Below, piece by piece: positions 36,936-46,090 of a stretch of 64,000 bases of DNA. The notes under the pieces are model-generated. The model was given only the letters and a program-made list of their open reading frames with translations. It was not told the DNA's origin and made no database searches. The stretch covers positions 160,001 through 224,000 of the forward strand of contig CAWBOC010000002.1 of NCBI GenBank assembly GCA_963790305.1, written 5' to 3'. A program made the translations under genes and the position numbers. The DNA is from an uncultured Gemmatimonadaceae bacterium (GTDB taxonomy: Bacteria > Gemmatimonadota > Gemmatimonadetes > Gemmatimonadales > Gemmatimonadaceae). Each line of letters starts with the position of its first letter. The first letter of the stretch is position 1.

Positions 36936-38324
36936 TCACCGTACCCAGTCATTCACGCGCAGGTCCGGCATGGTCCCCACCGTGGCGAGAAGCGTGTCGA
37001 GATCCTTTCGCTGGAACAGCCTGCCGCGCAAGAGGACCGCGGCGATGCGCCGGGTGTTGGTGATGTCGTCGAGAGGATTGGCGTCCAGCAGGACGAGATC
37101 CGCGACCTTGCCCGCCGCGATCGTCCCCACCGAGTCGGCGAGGCCCAGCCACTCGGCCGGCTTCCGCGTCGCGCTCTGGAGCGCTTCGAGCGGACTCATC
37201 CCGACCGAGTCGACGAACAGGCGGAGCTCCTCGTGCAGCGACAGGCCCGGGAAAATGTTCAGCACTGCGACATCGGATCCGGCCATGATCCGTACCCCGG
37301 CCTCGCGCATCTCGCGCATGTGCTTGAGCGCGATGGGCCATGCGCGGTCGAAGTATTCCCGTCGCTGCGGTGTGATTTCCTCGACCTGCTCGCGCCAGTC
37401 GAGAATCATGAAGCGGGAGAGGTACGGCCGCAGCGGGTGCGTGCCCCGGGTCGTGTCGGACACGAGCGCGCGAAAGTAATCCAGTGGACGGAACACCGAC
37501 TCGGTGGCGACGACCATCGTCGGCACCACGCCGACATCGCGAGCGGAGAGCTGCCGCCAAAAAGCCATTCGCTCCTCACGCGGCAGCGAGTCGAGCGCGA
37601 TCGGGAAACCATGCTCGGCGCCATCCTGGCCCGCCTCGAGGAACTCCGCGGGAGAGGTGGTCACCACGTGTCCCACCAACCGCTTCCCATGCGCGTGTGC
37701 GGCGGCAGCCAACGCCAGGTACGTCGCACGGTCCTGCACCGTGCGGATCTTGAAGTGATCGATCTCGAGCGCGGCCAGCGAGTCGATGACCCGACGGGCG
37801 TCGTTAGGTGATGCGACGGGAACGCGGGCGCGCTCGAACGGCTCGACGCGCTCTTCGGGCGGGTCGCGACGCATGCGCTCGATGTTCCGGAGCGATTCGA
37901 GATACGGTCCCGCGATCAGCATCCGCGGCCCGACGCGCCCACCGGTCCGGATCTCCCGTCGCCAGCGCAGCACTTCGGCGTGCTCGCTCCCCTGGTCGCG
38001 TATGGTCGTCACGCCGTGCACGACGAACAGTCCCAGCGCCGAGGCGCGGCTCTTCGAGGTGTGGGCATGCATCTCGAAGAGACCCGGGATCAGGAATTTG
38101 CCAGTGCCATCCACGACGACCGCGTCCGACGGAGCGCTCACATCCGCCGCCGAGCCGATCTCGGCGATTCGGCCGTCGCGCACCACTACGGTCTGGCCCG
38201 CAGCCACGCCCGCTCCGGTCATGGGGATAACCGTCACGTTGCGAATGGCGAGAGACGTCTGCCGTGCGGCACACCCCGACAGACCAGCGAGCGCGATGGT
38301 GAAGACCACGACGTGTCGGATCAC
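36936..38324 (-). CDS. Amidohydrolase family lipoprotein
   Basis: PGLFEMHAH, GVTTIRD, AGSD, GKVADLVLL. Confidence 0.9.
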   Translation of the reverse strand: MIRHVVVFTIALAGLSGCAARQTSLAIRNVTVIPMTGAGVAAGQTVVVRDGRIAEIGSAADVSAPSDAVVVDGTGKFLIPGLFEMHAHTSKSRASALGLFVVHGVTTIRDQGSEHAEVLRWRREIRTGGRVGPRMLIAGPYLESLRNIERMRRDPPEERVEPFERARVPVASPNDARRVIDSLAALEIDHFKIRTVQDRATYLALAAAAHAHGKRLVGHVVTTSPAEFLEAGQDGAEHGFPIALDSLPREERMAFWRQLSARDVGVVPTMVVATESVFRPLDYFRALVSDTTRGTHPLRPYLSRFMILDWREQVEEITPQRREYFDRAWPIALKHMREMREAGVRIMAGSDVAVLNIFPGLSLHEELRLFVDSVGMSPLEALQSATRKPAEWLGLADSVGTIAAGKVADLVLLDANPLDDITNTRRIAAVLLRGRLFQRKDLDTLLATVGTMPDLRVNDWVR

Positions 38325-39175
38325 AACGCTCCCCCTTCGAGGGTCTTACTCGCGATCACCAGCAGGTGTGCGCTACAGCCGATCACCGATTGCTCCGTCT
38401 CCAGGAGTCGCGCCACGTGCAGAAGGGCGGCGCGCTGATCTGCATTTGCCCAGCGGTCAACGAAATCAGGCAGAATCCAGCCCGGCCCCTCAACACCATA
38501 GACTCCATGCACCGCGAGGCCCGCTTGCTCCGCTTCCGCACGCAAGTCTTCGGGCGGATGGAAGTAGGCGGTCGTGAAGTAGTCGATGCGCTCAGTGGCA
38601 TTGCGGTGTTGTCCGTCTCGAACATCGCGCTCGACGATGCTCGCAAAGCGGGCATCGGCGAAGAGGTTGCGTGAGAGACCGTCGAGCGCTGACGCCCATC
38701 TCGAGATGCCGGCCGCGATGAGCACGCCACCGGGCTGAAGCACGCGGGCCGCCTCTCGTAGCGCCGCGTGCCGGTCGGTCGCGTCGACAAGATGGTAAAG
38801 CGGGCCGAGCAGGAGCACGAGTGCGGCGGTGGCGTCGGCGAATGGCAGCCCGCGTGCATCGCCCACGCGGCACGAGGCGAGTGGGGGATTCGCGTGTGCG
38901 TTGCGACGGCGTGCTTCGTCCACCAGGCGCGGGACAGCGTCGATGAGATGGACCGTGTACCCACGCTCGGCCATCCAAAAGGCGTAGGGGCCCGCCGCGC
39001 CGCCAATGTCGAGCACTGTCGCGGGCGCGGGCGGGGCGTGGCGCTCGATCAGCTCACGCGTCCGCGCTTCTTCGAGCTGGAAGGGCCCCTGCGCGAGGCG
39101 GGATTCTTCGGGCGTGCGGTCATAGAAGGCGGCAATGGCGGGATCGAGGCCCGCAGGCGGTTGCTCGGCCATCAC
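38321..39175 (-). CDS. Class I SAM-dependent methyltransferase
   Basis: VLDIGGAAG, GDAR, LGPLYHL, RVLQPGG. Confidence 0.9.
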   Translation of the reverse strand: MMAEQPPAGLDPAIAAFYDRTPEESRLAQGPFQLEEARTRELIERHAPPAPATVLDIGGAAGPYAFWMAERGYTVHLIDAVPRLVDEARRRNAHANPPLASCRVGDARGLPFADATAALVLLLGPLYHLVDATDRHAALREAARVLQPGGVLIAAGISRWASALDGLSRNLFADARFASIVERDVRDGQHRNATERIDYFTTAYFHPPEDLRAEAEQAGLAVHGVYGVEGPGWILPDFVDRWANADQRAALLHVARLLETEQSVIGCSAHLLVIASKTLEGGAL

Positions 39176-39972
39176 AGTGGAGGGTGGCGATCGATGCCCA
39201 CTTCTCGGCGGGCGAGTAGGGCTCCGTTCTCCCGATGGAAAAGGAGAAGTCGACGCGATCGGGTCGATCCGGACGATCCGGACGATGCGAAGGCGACGGT
39301 ATCACCCCGTATTGCGATCGAGTCTATCACGTTGAAATGACCGGACTGATAATCGTAGAGATCGCGCACGCTCCAATCATAGACGCCGGTCTCGAGATTC
39401 ACCCGACCAACAAATCCCATTGCCGACACGTAGGCGGCGTTGCCGTCGATGAGGGGTGGGCCGATGTTGAAGCTCGGTATGTGCGCGTGCCACCGTTGTC
39501 GAAGCGTCCGCCTCTCGAGGCGTGTAACCGTGGCGGCTCCGCTCTCGCCGTCGGTGATCTGGAAGGCGAGAAGCACATCGCCCGCGAGTGTGCGCACCAG
39601 AAGTAGTTCCATCGCCATGCTCGCCGTGTCCTGCCAATCGAGCTTGAACGGTTGTGCCGCGTCTGCATTCACGCGAAGGCCCCTGCCATCGCGCTCGAGT
39701 TGGTAAATCCCGTCGGAGAGAGCGAAGCAAAACCGTTCGGGCTCCACCTGCGGATCGGTCCCACGGCCAATCGCTGCGTGAAAGGCGAGCGTGTCGCCTG
39801 GTGGAAGCGAATCAATGGTCGGGCAGTCGAGTGCGCTCGTCGACTGAGGGGTTTCGCTCGCGACAGCCGTGGTGACTGGCGTGTCGGGCCGGTCCGCAGA
39901 TTTGGATGAATCGCTGCGGGGGCAGCCGATCAGGAATGCCAATATTGCGACGAGGCGCGTGACCAAGGGCAC
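39172..39972 (-). CDS. Hypothetical lipoprotein, beta-rich
   Basis: LIGC lipobox; GTGA overlap with methyltransferase. Confidence 0.6.
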   Translation of the reverse strand: MPLVTRLVAILAFLIGCPRSDSSKSADRPDTPVTTAVASETPQSTSALDCPTIDSLPPGDTLAFHAAIGRGTDPQVEPERFCFALSDGIYQLERDGRGLRVNADAAQPFKLDWQDTASMAMELLLVRTLAGDVLLAFQITDGESGAATVTRLERRTLRQRWHAHIPSFNIGPPLIDGNAAYVSAMGFVGRVNLETGVYDWSVRDLYDYQSGHFNVIDSIAIRGDTVAFASSGSSGSTRSRRLLLFHRENGALLARREVGIDRHPPL

Positions 39973-40044
39973 CCTGCTTCGGAGCGGGGGTCGGGAAGCC
40001 TGATCGTCGTCACCTTAACGGCCCCTCGCTCTCAATGCCACCCT

Positions 40045-42249
40045 TCAGTAGCGATAGTAGTCCACCGCTATCCTGAGTCCGCCGGCGGGGTCGCGACGCC
40101 AGATCACGAGAAACTCCACCACCGACGTGCGATCGCCGTTCGGCCCGGTCGTCACGAGCGTCGACCGCCCGATCTGATACGGATTGTCGGGGTGTCCGCC
40201 GACGTCGATCACGTCGAGCTTCCAGGACTTGGCGTTGCGGATGCCGGTCCAATACTTGTCCACCGCTGCACGCCCCTGGACGAGCTCGCCACGTTCGCCG
40301 TCGATGCGCGCGTCGTCGGTATAGAAGCGAGCGACGGCGAGCATGTCGCCCGAGTTGAATGCGGCGACCATGGAGTCGTTGACAGCCTGGATCTCGGCGC
40401 GCAGGGCCGGATTCTGCACCGGCGCACGCACGACAGGTGAGGTCGCGGTAGGCGGACGCTCGCCGCGCTCCGCATGCGAAAACTCCCAGAGCACGTTCAC
40501 GATCTTCCATTCCCCGTTCACGCGCGCGAGGTGCATGAGGTCGATCCAGTCCGTCATCCGTGCGCGCACACTCGCTGCGTTGCCGAAGATCTCGAGTATT
40601 TCGATTTCACGTCGACGCAGCGCCTCTGGCGTCTCCTTGCCCCAGCCGCGCCGAGTTCCCTGAACCAGAGTCATCGCCGTCTGGTTCTCCATGCGGTTCG
40701 CACCGCGCTCGGGGTCGGGCCGCCAGATGCGCTTGGCCAGGTCGGCATGAACGGCGCGCTCCATCCGCGCGGCGTCGCCGGTGTACCAGCCATCCACGTA
40801 GTCCAGCGCGGCGGCTCTGATCGCCGCACTATCGACCGACGCGCCCGTCATGGGAACGCGCTCCAGCACCTGCCAGGAGCCCCACGTCAGGTGCGTGATG
40901 CGTCCGAGTGAGTCCTCGCGAAATCCGAACCGTCGCGCGCCATCCTCACTCGTGAAGAGGCGTGGACTGACCTCCACGAACTTGGCGCCGAATGCCGACA
41001 GCGTTCCGTCCTGGTTGGCGAGGACGTCAGTCTCGAACACCGGCCGGGGACTGGCGCAGGTATGACAGACGATGTTGCCACGATAGTGGCCCGCATAACG
41101 AGCGACCGCGCGGGCCGCGGCTTCCCGCGACGGGTGCATCGAGACCGGGCGCGTGCCAGCGCCTGGATTCCGCACCGGCGCAACGCGATCGAGCACCGCA
41201 CGCGTGACCGTGTGGCGGAGATTGCTCCCCTCACGGTGGCCGGCGACGAACACGCCGAGCTTCCGCGCTGGCAACAGCGTAAGGAGCGAGGAGAAGCCGG
41301 CAACGTCGCCGCCGTGCTGTACACCCCGCTCGTCGTTTCCTCGCTGGATCTGCTGCCACCCGAGCCCATAACCGGGGAGCATCGGATGCATCGTGACCTG
41401 CTCGCGCTGCATCTCGCGAGTCATCCGCTCACTCAAGATCGCGCTGCGTCCCCCGAGCTGTGCGACCATGAAGCGCGCCATGTCCAACGCCGTGCTGTTG
41501 ACCGATGACGCTGGCGTCGTGTGATACCATTCCCACGGCGCACGTACGGCGCTGTCCCCTTCGACGTCGTAAGGTATTGCCGTCTGCGAGCGAAAGGCCT
41601 CCGCGACCGTGATCGACGTCCGCGTCATGGCGAGCGGGCGCCAGATGCTGTCGACGAGATAGCGCTCGAAAGGGAGTCCCGAGACATCCTCGACGATGAC
41701 GCCGGCCAGCGCGATTCCGTACGTCGAGTACGCCGTCGCCGCGCCCGGTGGCGCGTACTGCACGAGCCGCGGGCGGAGATATTCCCGTAACGGCTGGAGG
41801 CTCGCCTCTCCGTCCGCGAGCGGACCCGGGCGGATCTCGTCCAGGGCCGCCGTGTGCGTCAGCAGATGCCGAACGGTCGTCGGCGTGCGATAGCGCGACC
41901 GGATCCGCAGGTCGCGCAGATAGGTGTTGACGCCGGAGTCGAAGTGGATGCGTCCGCGATCGGCCAGCTGCGCGACCGCAACGGCGGTCATGACCTTGCT
42001 GATCGATCCGATGCGGACAATCGTCGAGTCGGTCATCGGGCGCCGGCTCTCGATGTCGGCGAGGCCGTAGCCTTTCGAGAAGATCACTCGCCCACCATTC
42101 ACCACCGTCACCACCGCGCCCGGAATCCGCTCGGCGGCCATCGCCGCTGGCACAACCGAATCCAGCAGCGATCCCAAACCGGATGGGCTCTGCGCCGACG
42201 CGGCCCGCGTCAGGCAGCAGACGAGAAGAGCAGCGCTAAGCTTTGTCAT
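40045..42249 (-). CDS. Beta-lactamase-family serine hydrolase fused to two NTF2-like domains (lumazine-binding-like and DUF4440-like)
   Basis: SISK, LLTHT, YST, HGG; then DYVDGWYTGD..MERAVH; then AFNSGD...FY..WRR. Confidence 0.85.
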   Translation of the reverse strand: MTKLSAALLVCCLTRAASAQSPSGLGSLLDSVVPAAMAAERIPGAVVTVVNGGRVIFSKGYGLADIESRRPMTDSTIVRIGSISKVMTAVAVAQLADRGRIHFDSGVNTYLRDLRIRSRYRTPTTVRHLLTHTAALDEIRPGPLADGEASLQPLREYLRPRLVQYAPPGAATAYSTYGIALAGVIVEDVSGLPFERYLVDSIWRPLAMTRTSITVAEAFRSQTAIPYDVEGDSAVRAPWEWYHTTPASSVNSTALDMARFMVAQLGGRSAILSERMTREMQREQVTMHPMLPGYGLGWQQIQRGNDERGVQHGGDVAGFSSLLTLLPARKLGVFVAGHREGSNLRHTVTRAVLDRVAPVRNPGAGTRPVSMHPSREAAARAVARYAGHYRGNIVCHTCASPRPVFETDVLANQDGTLSAFGAKFVEVSPRLFTSEDGARRFGFREDSLGRITHLTWGSWQVLERVPMTGASVDSAAIRAAALDYVDGWYTGDAARMERAVHADLAKRIWRPDPERGANRMENQTAMTLVQGTRRGWGKETPEALRRREIEILEIFGNAASVRARMTDWIDLMHLARVNGEWKIVNVLWEFSHAERGERPPTATSPVVRAPVQNPALRAEIQAVNDSMVAAFNSGDMLAVARFYTDDARIDGERGELVQGRAAVDKYWTGIRNAKSWKLDVIDVGGHPDNPYQIGRSTLVTTGPNGDRTSVVEFLVIWRRDPAGGLRIAVDYYRY

Positions 42250-42341
42250 GCCACAACTTCAGCGGCGGCTCACCTACGCAACAGATGGAATGGGATGAAC
42301 TGGCCTCGCCGTGGAGCAAGCAGCAAAGCAACGGCTTCTTG

Positions 42342-42411
42342 AACGCAGAGGACGCAGAGGCGCAGAGGACGCAGAGGGAACAACCTCCGCGTCCTCCGCG
42401 TCCTCTGCGTT
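42342..42411. repeat. Inverted tandem-repeat hairpin, 9-mer ACGCAGAGG / CCTCYGCGT family
   Basis: aacgcagagg-acgcagagg-cgcagagg-acgcagagg ... cctccgcgt-cctccgcgt-cctctgcgtt. Confidence 0.9.
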
Positions 42412-42425
42412 AAAAAAAAGGCTCC

Positions 42426-43142
42426 TCACTTTGCCTTCAGAAGCATCCGGAGCTTGGAGCTGTGCGTCCGACTCGAGGTGATTCGGGAACCATCCTTCAT
42501 CGTCAGCACGTACTGGCCGTGCACATGCGGCTCGAGGGTCGCGACGCAATCCACGTTGACGATCGCGGAACGATGCACGCGGACGAACCTGCTCGGATCG
42601 AGCCTCGCCTCCACGGATTTCAGCGTCTCCCGGACGAGATGCCGCCGCCCGCCGCTATGCAGGCGTGCGTAGTTCCCTTCGCCGGCGATCCACTCCACAT
42701 CGGCAGCGCGCACGAGCGTCACCTTCGACGCCGAGCGCACGACGAATCGCGCCTCGGGTCGCGGACGCTCGCTGACGCGGGCGCGCGCGCGCGCCAGCGC
42801 TGCGCGGAACCGCGCGCGATCGAATGGCTTGAGGAGGTAGTCGACCGCGCTCACGTCGAACGCGCGGAGCGCGTACCCATCGTAGGCCGTCACCACGACG
42901 ATGAAGGGCCGCTCCTCGGGAGTGAGCCGGGATTCGAGCAGCTGCACGAGACTGAACCCGTCCATCTCGGGCATCTGGACGTCGAGGAAGAGCACCTGCG
43001 GCGCCGATTCGAGGATTCCCGTCAGCGCTTCCTCGCCTGTGCAGTACTCGCCGACGAGCGTGACGTCGGCCTCGTCGGCCACCAGCGCACGGATTCGTTC
43101 GCGTCCCAGGGGCTCGTCGTCGACCAGTGCGACGCGCAGCAT
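42426..43142 (-). CDS. LytTR family response regulator
   Basis: VDDEP, FLDVQMP, TAYD, DYLLKPF, FVRVHRSAIVN. Confidence 0.95.
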   Translation of the reverse strand: MLRVALVDDEPLGRERIRALVADEADVTLVGEYCTGEEALTGILESAPQVLFLDVQMPEMDGFSLVQLLESRLTPEERPFIVVVTAYDGYALRAFDVSAVDYLLKPFDRARFRAALARARARVSERPRPEARFVVRSASKVTLVRAADVEWIAGEGNYARLHSGGRRHLVRETLKSVEARLDPSRFVRVHRSAIVNVDCVATLEPHVHGQYVLTMKDGSRITSSRTHSSKLRMLLKAK

Positions 43143-43143
43143 C

Positions 43144-44232
43144 TCAGGCGGCGGCTGTGCGGAAGGGGATGTCGACGGCGACGAGCAACCCGCCCTCCTC
43201 GCCATTGGTGAGCTGGAGCGAGTGATCCGCGCCGTACCGCTCGCGCAGCCGCTCCCGCGTATTCGTTAGGCCGATCCCCTCGCGCGGAAAGCCGTTGCCC
43301 TGAAGGGCGGCGCCAGGACCGTCGTCCGAGACTGACAGGTGGAGACGCTCGCCGTCTCGCCTGGCCTGAATCGTCACGCGGCCACACCCCTGACGGGATC
43401 CGATGCCGTGCTGCAGCGCGTTCTCGACCAGCGGCTGGAGCACGAACCGCGGCACGAGCGCGCCATTTGTCTCGGTCGCGATCCGCACGTCGAGCGTGAG
43501 ACGGTCCTCGAATCGCACCCGCGCGATGTCGAGGTACGCGTCCAGCAGCTCCAGTTCCTCGGCCAGCGGAACCTCGGGGCGGTCGCGACCGTCCAGCGTA
43601 CGGCGCAGCAGATCGCCGAGGCGCGCGAGCATGGTGTCGGCCGCTTCGACGTCGCGGTGCATGAGCGTCGAGATGGCGTGCAGCGTATTGAACAGGAAGT
43701 GCGGCTGTAGCTGCGCCGTCAGTGTCTCGAGGCGCGCTTCGGCCAGCCGGGTCTCGAGGCGTGCGGCGCGCGCGGTGTCCTCCATGGCGCGGTGGTTGAA
43801 CTCGACGGCATGGATGACCGCGAACATGGCGGCGAATGCCATGAACTCGGTGACGATGTTGCCGACGATCAGGTTGCCGACGACGGCGCTGCGGTAGTCG
43901 GGGATGAGCCACCCGACGATCGCCGCGTACATGAAGTACTTGATCGGGACACACGCGAGCGCGACGACCATCTGCACGCCCACCGAGCGCCACCAGCGAG
44001 CGCGCTCCCACGGGATCGCGCGCACGACCCAGAAGAACAACGGGGTAAAGATCGCGCACGTGTACCAGTCGGCGAGGCGGTCGATCACCACCTGCGACCA
44101 CGGTACGGGACGACCGTCGCGCATGAAGTAGATGGACGTCTGGGCCGCCGAGAGCAGCCCGAGCACGGTCCAGATGGCGAAGCCGAGTAGCCACCGGAGC
44201 GAGCGGCGGCCCGGTGCGGCAGGAGGAGACAT
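43144..44232 (-). CDS. LytS/YehU-type sensor histidine kinase
   Basis: TM helices, QLQPHFLFNTL, QPLVENA, DDGPG, GIGL.N. Confidence 0.95.
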   Translation of the reverse strand: MSPPAAPGRRSLRWLLGFAIWTVLGLLSAAQTSIYFMRDGRPVPWSQVVIDRLADWYTCAIFTPLFFWVVRAIPWERARWWRSVGVQMVVALACVPIKYFMYAAIVGWLIPDYRSAVVGNLIVGNIVTEFMAFAAMFAVIHAVEFNHRAMEDTARAARLETRLAEARLETLTAQLQPHFLFNTLHAISTLMHRDVEAADTMLARLGDLLRRTLDGRDRPEVPLAEELELLDAYLDIARVRFEDRLTLDVRIATETNGALVPRFVLQPLVENALQHGIGSRQGCGRVTIQARRDGERLHLSVSDDGPGAALQGNGFPREGIGLTNTRERLRERYGADHSLQLTNGEEGGLLVAVDIPFRTAAA

Positions 44233-44315
44233 CCCGAAAGAATCTGACCGGCGAGCGGGGCGAGGCAAGCACTGCTCATCCCGTCGGACGGCCACTTCGT
44301 CTCAGGCGCGCCGGC

Positions 44316-45062
44316 TTACCTCCAGATGGAAGCGGCGGCGAGGCTGGCGCGCTCCCTCCACCGTTGCTCGTTCACGCCGGCGATGAGAAGCCAGAGGATA
44401 GTGGCTATCGCGCCCAGGAAGCCAACTCCGGCAACGACAGGGAACAGTCGCATGCCCAGCGGGGGCGACAGAAACGTCAGCCAACCCACGCTTCCGATCA
44501 ACGTCAGGACACCGAGGAAGCGAGGCAGAAAGGTCGATTTGAAGACGAGGTATCCCTTCACGATTCCATAGAATCCGAAAAACGCGAGCGCCATTCCGGC
44601 GGCCTGATCGTTCACCCGCAGGAATACGAGCGCGAGGGCATTCAGCTGGTCGGCATTGAATGCGCTCAGGGCCTGTGAGTTACCGCCGAGGACGAGCAGC
44701 GGCGCGAAGTAGAAAAGCCGACTGAGCGTCTTGATCGTGCAACCGACGAGACTGAAGACCGCCGCGAGGAGGGAAGCGCTTCTGCTGACCGGCTTGAGCA
44801 GGTAGTAGAAGAGCACCGTCATTGCGATCTGGGCGGCCATCTCGACGAGGTAGATGGTGAACCCGAGCTGGAAGAGCGGCCTCTGCGTCGTGATGTTGGC
44901 CGCGGTGGCGGCGGCGTCGCCCGCTACCACGAGCCGTTCGCTGATGAACAACTGGGCGACGATGCCTCCCACGATCGTGAGCAGGTAGAACACGCCCGTG
45001 ATTCGGGCCATGGTTCGGGGCGAGAGCTCGGCAATCCCTTTCATCGCAACGGGTGCACTCAT
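44316..45062 (-). CDS. DUF4386-like membrane protein
   Basis: ARITGVFYL, DAAATAANI, STFLPRFLG, LWLLIAGV. Confidence 0.8.
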   Translation of the reverse strand: MSAPVAMKGIAELSPRTMARITGVFYLLTIVGGIVAQLFISERLVVAGDAAATAANITTQRPLFQLGFTIYLVEMAAQIAMTVLFYYLLKPVSRSASLLAAVFSLVGCTIKTLSRLFYFAPLLVLGGNSQALSAFNADQLNALALVFLRVNDQAAGMALAFFGFYGIVKGYLVFKSTFLPRFLGVLTLIGSVGWLTFLSPPLGMRLFPVVAGVGFLGAIATILWLLIAGVNEQRWRERASLAAASIWR

Positions 45063-45727
45063 GCTGGCATCCTCCCCGCAACGCCCTTCGTGAGCAGCCA
45101 AAGCGCGAGCGCAACCTCGAACACCAGCATCGGCAGCCACATCAGCATCGCGATCGGGCCGTGGAGGAATCCGGCGTAGATGACCGGCAGACAAACCACC
45201 AGCAGCACCAATGCGCCAACGCCGAGCCATGCGAGAGGGATTGGGATCATTCGTCCCCGCAGAAGAAGCCACGAGAACAGCGTGCTCCCCACGGCGAAGA
45301 AAGTCGCGGGGAGGGCGACATCGTCCCTCAGCAGGTAGCCAGCAAGGGTGTGCGCTGCCGCCGTCGCGGATGCGTCCGCTCCCGTCGACGTCGCCAGCGA
45401 GAACACGGTGAGGATGCCGGGGATGGAAAGGCCGCCAATGATCCCCTCGCCGACGCGACAGGTGAGACCAAGCATTGCCAGGTCGTTGTCCTCGTCACGC
45501 GTGATCGCCCACAGCGTGACGCCCAGCACGAGTGCCGAGAAAGCCTGAACGAATCCGAGCAGGACCACGATGCCCACGGTGGTCTCGTGTCCCCCGATGC
45601 TCGCGAGCTTTTCTGCGATGGCATCTCCGCGGGTCGCCTGGCGAAACAGCACCATGCTGGTGATGCCAGCCGCGATGTAGACGAGAAACGTCGAACCGGC
45701 GATTCGGGCGTTCGTGGTGCGCGTCAT
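45059..45727 (-). CDS. DUF4386-like membrane protein (paralog)
   Basis: ARIAG, RMIPIPLAWLG, FEVALALWLLTKGV; ATGA overlap with the next gene. Confidence 0.8.
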   Translation of the reverse strand: MTRTTNARIAGSTFLVYIAAGITSMVLFRQATRGDAIAEKLASIGGHETTVGIVVLLGFVQAFSALVLGVTLWAITRDEDNDLAMLGLTCRVGEGIIGGLSIPGILTVFSLATSTGADASATAAAHTLAGYLLRDDVALPATFFAVGSTLFSWLLLRGRMIPIPLAWLGVGALVLLVVCLPVIYAGFLHGPIAMLMWLPMLVFEVALALWLLTKGVAGRMPA

Positions 45728-46004
45728 GGTCCCCTCGAGGCTGCGCGGAGGCCGCCACGCCAATGAAGCCGTTCACCGACGCGGCAGGCTTGAAGTCGGC
45801 CCTATGGGAAGGCCATACGAGGGCGTCCGCGCAAAGTTTCGAGAGGTCTGTGGGTGCCGGTGATCGCGGGAGTCTGCGTGGGTGATGCGTTCGGCAGAAC
45901 TCAGCGGGGCGCGCGGGCTCGGATCGAACCGTCAATGCCACCGGGGGCGTGATCGCCGGGAGAGAGCTCTCCCTCCTGGCCACTTCGAGCATATAAGGCA
46001 CCCG

Positions 46005-46023
46005 GGGACTTGCGGCAAGGCCC
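46005..46023. promoter_or_regulatory. Rifamycin-[17 protein letters not shown] (RAE)-like 19-bp inverted repeat
   Basis: GGGACTTGCGGCAAGGCCC, 67 bp upstream of a Rox-like monooxygenase; matches the actinobacterial RAE as I recall it. Confidence 0.75.
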
Positions 46024-46090
46024 AGGTCGTGTCGCAGAATCGTCGGCCGAAACAATCGGCCGAAGCCAGAACCTACGGAGAGGGGTGGCG

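Noticed and set aside
34790..40030. Integron cassette array (GTTA-like sites near hypothetical genes)
   Set aside because: No paired RYYYAAC/GTTRRRY attC structure and no integrase
42250..42340. LytTR direct-repeat binding site
   Set aside because: No convincing pair at ~21-22 bp period found here or upstream of the DUF4386 genes
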